Source: Macrostomum hystrix (lineage: Eukaryota > Animalia > Platyhelminthes). From it: a stretch of 64,000 nt of DNA. Positions 10,130 to 20,100 of the stretch are shown one piece after another. Under the pieces are notes generated by a model. The model made no database searches. It saw only the letters and a program-made list of their open reading frames with translations, and had not been told where the DNA came from. Position 1 is the first letter of the stretch, and every line of letters starts with the position of its first letter. The DNA lies in the NCBI GenBank assembly GCA_950097015.1, contig CATNEN010000034.1:1364001-1428000 (forward strand), read 5' to 3'. The position numbers were made by a program, and so were the translations under genes.

Positions 10130-11825
10130 AATGTTTGGTTAAGTTATTTTTTAAGGAATGCGTCCTTTTACTTTAAGTTGAACCATAACCCAGTTTATTT
10201 TAAAAAAATCTGGGTTATGGTTTGGTATTGAGTGCTTTGCATCTACATACTTTGCATTAAGTTGCCTTTGTCTATTTCAGTCAAATACGATGAGTTACTT
10301 GGGTGCACGAATTTTTCATTAATATAATTCTTTAAACGAGCGTGGAAGCAATTCCGAAAGTTTGGAAAGAGCATTGGGAATCCAGCGCTTCAACTGATGT
10401 TTCTCTTTTTTTATCGTTACGCGAACAACCACTCAGTGCTGCGACGAACTCGATTAACGCTACTCATAATTAAAAGTAGGCACAAAGAACGAAATAAAAC
10501 TTTGTTTCCGCTATAAGATATTGTCAGCTCACTGCGAAACTACTCGGGGTCGGGTCTCAAGACCCATGTCAGTATAAATGCAACAATAATCCTGGAGATC
10601 AGCAAAGCTCATTGTGACGGAGAAGCAGCGAAGCGCACTTCTTTGTGTGCTCACTCCCTTACTTCCAACAACTCCTTTGGGGCACTAGACGTGCTACGCA
10701 CCAGCAAAGCTTCGTACTCTGCACCGCCTTGCAGGACATACTTCGTACATCGATCTCGATAGCTTGTTTCTGTCCTTAAAAAGTTGCATAATTATAGCGA
10801 AGAATTCATTCGCTGCTTCCTGCACAACACCCAAACGAGTCTTGGGAGTCAAAGCTCAGTCCTTCATGTTGCCCCAATCAAAGCAGGGCTTCCTTATGAA
10901 CCAACACTGCATGTTAAGTGCAGCTTCTGTCGTTCCTGACCGGAGGAACTGTATTGTTTGGCCTGACATCAACGCACTTCTAAATATCGTTTGTCAAAAA
11001 TAAAAATATCGCTTTGTTGACATACAGAGTTGGACCAAGAAAAAATGATATTTTCAGGGAACGGTGGGCACTGAGATTGGTGACAGTCAATCCGCTGCAA
11101 GCGAAGAGGCCATTCTGCCCAATTCGCTCATCCCTGAGCACACAAGCCTACCGATATGGATAGGTGTGTACATCAGCACTACAGCAGCACTCGTATTTTA
11201 TCATCGGACAGAGTGTCCACTCCATGAGTCTTGGGGTTTGGCCTCATGGGTGCAAATTGTTCGAAAAACCCGAAACCTTCTCCGCAGCTGGCCCGAAAAT
11301 TAACTTGGTCAAGCTGCTACACTCACCACCCCACTGTCGGAGCCGTTTGATACAAGTCGAGCCCTGAGTGTGTCCCTCAATCTAAACTTCGAGCCATTGT
11401 CAGGTCAGTAAGTTAGTTTTTTGCCTTTCTTTTTTTAGTGCCCGTGATAGTAAAGCGTTTAAGGCACGACGCAAAATACCTTGTCATAAAATTGTGACGT
11501 TAGTGCCAGTGGAGCGCAGCTGCTGGGCTTCAATGGGAGCAGTGCAACTTCAACACGTGCTAATAAGGAAAATTGTACCTTGGCTACTGCTCAATGCTTG
11601 CAAGGCGAGACTATTATGTTTTGCTTGCAATGTCTACAAAGTCACGTAAAGCCGTGAATGAATCGATTCGCAAAGAGAGTGAGATCAGCTCGGTATCATC
11701 TGCTCGCTCAAAATGCTACCGGCTGAAAACGAATATAAAATTGCCGTTTTTTTGTTTATTCATGCTAAAAAATCCATAATCAGACATCTACAAACAAACG
11801 AGCGAATTTCAGTCGATTTGCAAAA

Positions 11826-12953
11826 ATGCGAATTCTGTTCCTAGCAGCGCTGATATTGCTGATAGCTAGCGGACTAGTCGGAATTGCTGTCGCTATCGAC
11901 GATTTTTCAGACATTTCAACTGGCTCGAAGTCTCTCTGGGAGGACTCTGTGGTTGGCAGTGCCGGTTATCACGCCAAAAATTCTCGTACGTGGAATGCTA
12001 GGCACGCTGATCCAGCTGCCGAGAGCCTCGCACGTGCCGGAAAATCCCGACATCAGTTCAGTGCTAATCGACATGAATCTCAAAAGGTCGCAGTACACAA
12101 TGGCCCCAAAGAGAGCCCTCAGCTTCCAATACATCAAAGAAAGCGTGACCATTTGAGACGCGAACATTACGAGCACAGTGAGAAGCGTCGAGTATACGGA
12201 CGAAAAAAACAATACAGGGACAACAAGAGACATCAAAGACGTCACGAACGCAAGAAACATCAAGGACGTCACGAAAGCAAGAAACATCTAGGACGTTACG
12301 AACGCAAAAAGCATCGAGGACGTTACGAACACAAGAAACATCGAGGACGTTACGAACGCAAGAAGCATCGAGGACGTCACGAAAGCAAGAAACATCGAGG
12401 ACGTTACGAACGCAAGAAACATCGAGGACGTCACGAAAGCAAGAAGCATAGAGGACGTTACGAACGCAAGAAGCATCGAGGACGTCACGAACGCAAGAAG
12501 CATCGAGGACGTTACGAACACAAGAAATATCGAGGACGTCACGAACGCAAGAAGCATCGAGGACGTTACGAACGCAAGAAATATCGAGGACGTCACGAAC
12601 GCAAGAAGCATCGAGGACGTTACGAAAGCAAGAAACATCGAGGACGTCACGAACGCAAGAAGCATCGAGGACGTTACGAACACAAGAAATATCGAGGACG
12701 TCACGAACGCAAGAAGCATCGAGGACGTTACGAACGCAAGAAATATCGAGGACGTCACGAACGCAAGAAGCATCGAGGACGTTACGAAAGCAAGAAACAT
12801 CGAGGACGCTACGAACGCAAGAAACATCGAGGACGTTACGAACGCAAGAAATATCGAGGACGTTACGAACGCAAGAAACATCGAGGAAGTTATGGATATG
12901 GAAGTGTAGGCTATAAGGGACATGGTCGATATAGACGCAACCGTCAGAGATGA
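11826..12953 (+). CDS. Secreted highly basic His/Arg/Lys/Tyr repeat protein (375 aa; 24 x R[YH]E[RSH]KK[HY]RG)
   Basis: Single-exon ORF, aaaATG context, signal-like MRILFLAALILLIASGLVGIAVA, unique N-terminal region, 27-bp repeats about 12240-12888 with synonymous variants (CGA/AGA, AAG/AAA), G/Y/R tail. Confidence 0.88.
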   Translation: MRILFLAALILLIASGLVGIAVAIDDFSDISTGSKSLWEDSVVGSAGYHAKNSRTWNARHADPAAESLARAGKSRHQFSANRHESQKVAVHNGPKESPQLPIHQRKRDHLRREHYEHSEKRRVYGRKKQYRDNKRHQRRHERKKHQGRHESKKHLGRYERKKHRGRYEHKKHRGRYERKKHRGRHESKKHRGRYERKKHRGRHESKKHRGRYERKKHRGRHERKKHRGRYEHKKYRGRHERKKHRGRYERKKYRGRHERKKHRGRYESKKHRGRHERKKHRGRYEHKKYRGRHERKKHRGRYERKKYRGRHERKKHRGRYESKKHRGRYERKKHRGRYERKKYRGRYERKKHRGSYGYGSVGYKGHGRYRRNRQR

Positions 12954-14137
12954 CACGACAGCCATCGAAAGCACACGTCTTAGGACCGGGTTACACCGAG
13001 CGCCAAGTAGAGCTACAAATGAACTTCAGACCAGCTTAAAAACAGGCGCAGAGAACACTCAAAACAAACTTCAAATCCTTTTCGGTTGAGGAACTTTCTC
13101 ACAGCACAATTAAACGGAATTTTCGACAAACAGTAAAGAATTTGAATTGGTCTTACTTAATTTTGAAACAAATTAACATACAACGTGCTATAAGATGAGA
13201 ATGGGAGCGAATATAGCCAAGCAGAATCTGTTAGAATTAGTTCAAATGTAAAAATTTAATAATGAAAGGTAAATACCTAATTGAATTTATTCAAAGAAAA
13301 GCTCCAGAGTAACATGGAAAGAATTAAAGCAATTTTCGTAAATTGTTTCATTGTATTTCAGCATTTAATTTTTAGAATTCATGTGTCACAATGTCCAGAA
13401 AAGAAGTGAAAGTTAGATGGACCAATTAGTCGCTACATGTAGCAAAGGCGAATGCTTTTAGAAGACGACGATAAAAATGGCTGTCACAGATTTGAATGAG
13501 ATGAAAGTAGCCATATTATTATTTGGCCACGGCTAGAAACGCACAAAACTGTACATGCTGTGCGAATTAAAAAGCATAAGAAAAAGATCCTGTCTTGAAT
13601 TGAGGCGCAAGCAAGCATATCAAAATAGAAATCAGTATTGAATTTTGTATGACTCTACAGTTCAAAGTTCAAAGGGACAATTTTCAAGCAAACGTGCATG
13701 CCAGGTAAACATTCGCTTGCTTTGTGCGTATAAAAGTACATAATACCTCAGGTAACTAAATATACTATAAATCTCTTGCAATTACACCCACGCATAATAT
13801 AACGAACTAAAATAAAAAACGATTGCAGTTTAATTAATAGTGGGACTTTGCGCATTTTGTTTCACAATTGTAAGCAGGTTTACGATTACAATCCGTCCTT
13901 CGCTTCAAACCTTTCTTCCAATCTAATTTCAGTATTGATTCAATCGAATCTAATAGATTTTCATTGGCCGAGTTCAATCACGTGTGTGGGCTGAGGGTGG
14001 TAAAAAGGCGTCACGTGCCTAGCTTTCCGGAGCTATTTTTTTAATGTTTCTAAAAATAGCTACAAACGAAGCCATCTTGTGAATACTAGATGAACAAAAT
14101 GTGTACGGGTATAGAGAAACCTACGCAGTAGGTTGCG

Positions 14138-17100
14138 TCACAGAACGCCCAACTGCACGCGCACCTGCTTAGCCAGCTCCATCAAGCCAGGGAAGATGGG
14201 CAGGTCGGTCCGCACCGCCGCCCGGATCCGGTGCTCGCTGATGAAGTAGCGGAAATCTTCCCGGTGCTGCCGGATCAGGTGGTCCCGGGCCGCGTTGCAG
14301 TAGGTGAGCAGGCTGTTAATTGTAAACAGCAGGTAATAGGCGTTAACCACCAGCTGCGGCTTCAGCGTAAATTCCGATCGGCTCTTTCCAGCCGTGTCTG
14401 CCTCGTCGTCAACTTCGCCGGCCGACGAACTGGCAGCCGCGTCGAATAGATGACACAGCAGGCGGACGGACTCCGTCAGCATGATCAGCATGCCTTCGCC
14501 TTCGGCGGCCAGAAGCTCAACGGCCTGGCTCTCGCTCACTATCGATCCGTCGGAGCGGCCAATCAGCGGCAGGCCGGCGCCCCCGCCACCGCCGCCTGAG
14601 CTGCTCCTACAAAGCGAACAGTTGGAAAGACATGACAGGAGACTTTGGAATGCCGACCGTATTTCCAGCAGCCCTCCAAAAGTTACCGCTGATAAGAGTT
14701 TAAATGGCACTGTTTAAGACCACTGGCTGGCTGCTGTAACGATTAGGGAGCCTGTAGCCCAGTGGTTAGAGCTTTGGAATTCTGACCAAGAGGTCGGGAG
14801 TTCGAATCGCAGCCCAAAAAACAAGTTGTGTCCTTTAGCAAGACACTTGATTCCTTAGTCAGCTGGTCAGTTGGGGTAGAAATTGGGGTGGCTGTGGCGG
14901 CCACCACAGCCCATGGACTGAACAGCTGTACGCAGCCTTTTGGAAGCGCAACGCGATAGCTGCGGCTGTGTGCCATTGGCTGTACATGTGGCCCAACTGG
15001 GCTGTGTGTAATTTCTTTCCTAACTGAACCAATTGTTCAAAGTAAATAAAACATAATGCCAAAAGAAAAAAATAGATTATTGACAAGAGAAGACAGCAAG
15101 GTTTTCCAAAACAGGAAAGCTACGATTGTTGAAGATAATCAGAGAGCAATTAATTTATGTCGGAAAAACACCAAAAGACAAGCCCTTCAGTGAAAATAAT
15201 ACTTATTTCCAAAGCGCAAGATTACAAAGCATGGAATAGTCCGACAAAGAAATCACACAGCCCATTGTCTAACGGAGGCAGATTGTTGTATCAAATAGAA
15301 TTAAGACTGACGAAAGAAGCAAGCACTGCAGTATAGTGATTCTATGATGATGCTAGGGGTTTCCACGGGTTTCCAGTGAGGCAGAGGGGTTTCCACGGGT
15401 TTCCAGTGAAGCATAGGGGTTTTCAGTGAGGCAGAGGGGTTTTCAGTGAGGCAGAGGGGTTTCCACGGGTTTCCAGTGAGGCAGAGGGGTTTCCACGGGT
15501 TTCCAGTGAAGCATAGGGGTTTTCAGTGAGGCAGAGGGGTTTTCAGTGAGACAGAGGGGTTTTCAGTGAGGCAGAGGGGTTTCCAGTGAGGCAGATGGGT
15601 TTCCACGGGTTTCCAGTGAAGCATAGGGGTTTTCAGTGAGGCAGAGGGGTTTTCAGTGAGACAGAGGGGTTTTCAGTGAGGCAGAGGGGTTTTCAGTGAG
15701 ACAGAGGGGTTTCCAGTGAAGCATAGGGGTTTTCAGTGAGACAGAGGGGTTTTCAGTGAGGCAGAGGGGTTTTCAATGAGGCAGAGGGGTTTTCAGTGAG
15801 ACAGAGGGGTTTTCAGTGAGACAGAGGGGTTTTCAGTGAAGCAGAGGGGTTTTCAGTGAGACAGAGGGGTTTTCAGTGAGACAGAGGGGTTTTCAGTGAG
15901 ACAGAGGGGTTTTCAGTGAGACAGAGGGGTTTTCAGTGAGACAGAGGGGTTTTCAGTGAGACAGAGGGGTTTTCAGTGAGACAGAGGGGTTTTCAGTGAG
16001 GCAGAGGGGCTTTCAGTGAGACAGAGGGGTTTTCAGTGAGACAGAGGGGTTTTCAGTGAGACAGAGGGGTTTTCAGTGAGGCAGAGGGGCTTTCAGTGAG
16101 GCAGAGGGGTTTTCAGTGAGGCAGAGGGGTTTTCAGTCTCCTTCTGGAAGAGGTAACCCAAATCTAAAACTGATGTGAGATTAAGAAACAGAAAAAGTCA
16201 TGTCTGCTATTGTGCGGCGGTAAATTCCAAATTAATAAAAGAAGAAATTTGTTTGAAAAAAGTTAATTTTTTAATAAAAATTGACAGTTCTAAACGCGCA
16301 TCAAAAAAGTTCATCCAAAAGGAGACACGGTGAGTTATCCGGCTCATATCTTACCATGCACTGATGCCAGTTCTGAGTGAATGAAGGGGATGGATTCGTT
16401 CAATAAAAACACAGAAAAATTCAATGTTGCATGCCGAGAGCATGCTAACATAACAAGTGAAGCAACTGAACTCAATATTTGAGATATTTGTAACCAGCAA
16501 ATAATATTAAATATTTAAATCAAGTACATAGATCAGTAAACGTCACAGAAAATGCTATAAGCTTGCTAACTCGCCGCTATAACAAATTTTCGGTCAGTTC
16601 TTATTAACAGTAGAAAGACAGCGTGTGTATTTCAAATACCTGTCACTTTTCTGTTTCTCACAAAATATTCAACCAATCGCCCTGAAATTCCAGAAAACTG
16701 GCTAAAAGTTTCCGCTCTATCCGATGCAAATCTCCCAGAGTCACTCCCAGATTCGTTTGGGAGCTTTTGTGAAGTAGGCAGCGGGTATTTGAAATACCCC
16801 GTGGTCTTCCCCTGGGGATAATGGCGTGGTGTTTCAAAATGCTTAAAATCACTAAGGTGACGTTTTAGTATAATATTAGTTTTATTTTATACCTTTAAAT
16901 ATTAATTTTACGTAAGAAATTAGTTAATTTTTGTCCATATAATTTCATTAGTAAGCATTAATAGTGGCGTTTTTTTCAATGAGTAACACAAACGCAGACA
17001 AACTTTCACCTGATTCCAAACTCCCTGAAAATGTATAAAACATTTGCTTTCAGTTAACTTTATTTAGAAAGTCTTGAAAATCAACATTTTCTGCCTTGAA

Positions 17101-20100
17101 ATAGTACAGCTTATCATTGCCTGCTAAAAGTGTTAAATATTTCACACAAATTCAGATTAAAAGTGCAAGGCAAAATAAAAGACTATAATTGTACTTTTCA
17201 TGTTCAGATTAAAATGGCGCCAATGTTTTAGCCTACCAGCAGTAATATAGTAGTAAAATAATTCAATATGCACTCGATAGCCTAACCTGAGATAGGTGAT
17301 GATGTGATGCAGCAGGGCTGCTCGCTCAACGTGCAGCTCACCAGTGATTCGGTGGTCCGGGCGCCTGAGGGCCGGGTTGTACACAAAGCCAGGTACACAG
17401 GGCCGAATCAGAACTGAGCATGCGCGCAGCATTCGCTGCATAAAGTAGTGCTGCTGTGTGGCCGTGGCCTTGCGCCTCTCAGCCATGAACTCCGTGTCCT
17501 GGAATGCGTGCAGTGGATGCAGTGGATTAGATGTAGTGGATTGGATGCAGTGGATTGGATGCAGTGGATTAGATGCAGTGGATTGGATGCAGTGGATTGG
17601 GTGCAGTGGATTGGATGCAGTGGATTGGGTGCAGTGGATTGGGTGCAGTGGATTGGATGCAGTGGATTGGGTGCAGTGGATTGGATGCAGTGGATTGGAT
17701 GCAGTGGATTGGGTGCAGTGGATTGGGTGCAGTGGATTGGATGCAGTGGATTGGGTGCAGTGGATTGGGTGCAGTGGATTGGGTGCAGTGGATTGGATGC
17801 AGTGGATTGGGTGCAGTGGATTGGGTGCAGTGGATTGGGTGCAGTGGATTGGGTGCAGTGGATTGGATGCAGTGGATTGGATGCAGTGGATTGGGTGCAG
17901 TGGATTGGGTGCAGTGGATTGGGTGCAGTGGATTGGGTGCAGTGGATTGGGTGCAGTGGATTGGGTGCAGTGGATTGGGTGCAGTGGATTGGATGCAGTG
18001 GATTGGGTGCAGTGGATTGGGTGCAGTGGATTGGGTGCAGTGGATTGGGTGCAGTGGATTGGGTGCAGTGGATTGGATGCAGTGGATTGGGTGCAGTGGA
18101 TTGGGTGCAGTGGATTGGGTGCAGTGGATTGGATGCAGTGGATTGGATGCAGTGGATTGGGTGCAGTGGATTGGGTGCAGTGGATTGGGTGCAGTGGATT
18201 GGATGCAGTGGATTGGATGCAGTGGATTGGATGCAGTGGATTGGGTGCAGTGGATTGGGTGCAGTGGATTGGGTGCAGTGGATTGGATGCAGTGGATTGG
18301 ATGCAGTGGATTGGGTGCAGTGGATTGGGTGCAGTGGATTGGGTGCAGTGGATTGGATGCAGTGGATTGGGTGCAGTGGATTGGGTGCAGTGGATTGGGT
18401 GCAGTGGATTGGATGCAGTGGATTGGATGCAGTGGATTGGATGCAGTGGATTGGGTGCAGTGGATTGGGTGCAGTGGATTGGGTGCAGTGGATTGGGTGC
18501 AGTGGATTGGGTGCAGTGGATTGGGTGCAGTGGATTGGATGCAGTGGATTGGGTGCAGTGGATTGGGTGCAGTGGATTGGGTGCAGTGGATTGGATGCAG
18601 TGGATTGGATGCAGTGGATTGGATGCAGTGGATTGGGTGCAGTGGATTGGGTGCAGTGGATTGGGTGCAGTGGATTGGGTGCAGTGGATTGGGTGCAGTG
18701 GATTGGATGCAGTGGATTGGATGCAGTGGATTGGGTGCAGTGGATTGGGTGCAGTGGATTGGGTGCAGTGGATTGGGTGCAGTGGATTGGGTGCAGTGGA
18801 TTGGGTGCAGTGGATTGGGTGCAGTGGATTGGGTGCAGTGGATTGGATGCAGTGGATTGGGTGCAGTGGATTGGGTGCAGTGGATTGGGTGCAGTGGATT
18901 GGGTGCAGTGGATTGGGTGCAGTGGATTGGATGCAGTGGATTGGGTGCAGTGGATTGGATGCAGTGGATTGGGTGCAGTGGATTGGATGCAGTGGATTGG
19001 ATGCAGTGGATTGGGTGCAGTGGATTGGGTGCAGTGGATTGGGTGCAGTGGATTGGATGCAGTGGATTGGATGCAGTGGATTGGATGCAGTGGATTGGGT
19101 GCAGTGGATTGGGTGCAGTGGATTGGATGCAGTGGATTGGATGCAGTGGATTGGGTGCAGTGGATTGGGTGCAGTGGATTGGGTGCAGTGGATTGGATGC
19201 AGTGGATTGGGTGCAGTGGATTGGGTGCAGTGGATTGGGTGCAGTGGATTGGGTGCAGTGGATTGGATGCAGTGGATTGGGTGCAGTGGATTGGGTGCAG
19301 TGGATTGGGTGCAGTGGATTGGATGCAGTGGATTGGATGCAGTGGATTGGATGCAGTGGATTGGGTGCAGTGGATTGGGTGCAGTGGATTGGGTGCAGTG
19401 GATTGGGTGCAGTGGATTGGATGCAGTGGATTGGGTGCAGTGGATTGGATGCAGTGGATTGGGTGCAGTGGATTGGATGCAGTGGATTGGGTGCAGTGGA
19501 TTGGGTACAGTGGATTGGGTGCAGTGGATTGGGTGCAGTGGATTGGGTGCAGTGGATTGGGTGCAGGTGCTCACCAGAAACACGGCTGCCAGTATCTGCA
19601 GGGACAGCAAGCAGTAGTCAAGCTCGTCTAGTCTGATGGCAGCCGGACTGCTGACCCTGCCGTGCAGTAGGGCCGGGTCCTTGTTGAGGTAATAGAACAA
19701 TTTGTTCACAATGCAACGGAACAGATCGTCCGTCTCCCAGAACAGCCGCTTGACGGGGTAGCCGCGGTCCAGGCTGAGCTTCAATTCGAACAGGAAGCCG
19801 AAAGCCTCCTGCATGTTGCTCTGTGTGCGAATGATGTCTGCCCGCAGCTCCCTGCGGTGAAGGAGGTGGCAGGACTGACATTGTTTCTAACATTAGTCCC
19901 AGCCTCCGTCTCTAATCTAGTCCCAGCCTCCGTCTCTAATCTAGTCCCAGCCTCCGTCTCTCATCTAGTCCCAGCCTCCGTCTCTAATCTAGTCCCAGCC
20001 TCCGTCTCTAATCTAGTCCCAGCCTCCGTCTCTAATCTAGTCCCAGCCTCCGTCTCTAATCTAGTCCCAGCCTCCGTCTCTCATCTAGTCCCAGCCTCCG

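Noticed and set aside
10540-11410. GC-balanced segment with short ORFs and a CxxC-like pattern inside the secreted cluster
   Set aside because: All frames are interrupted and no family could be recognised; may be a decayed element.
8567-13136. Idea that the in-frame TAG/TGA codons in the cluster reflect readthrough or an alternative genetic code
   Set aside because: Intact genes in the window end in TAG, TGA and TAA, and the stops co-occur with frameshifts; decay explains them better.
14746-14815. tRNA gene (also 27560-27625, 34865-34925, 56735-56772)
   Set aside because: A/B boxes are present but there is no closing acceptor stem or oligo-T terminator; treated as SINE heads or fragments.
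16658-16852. Short minus-strand ORF in C12orf56-like intron 4 as an extra exon
   Set aside because: Exons 4 and 5 already join in phase; no clear splice sites.
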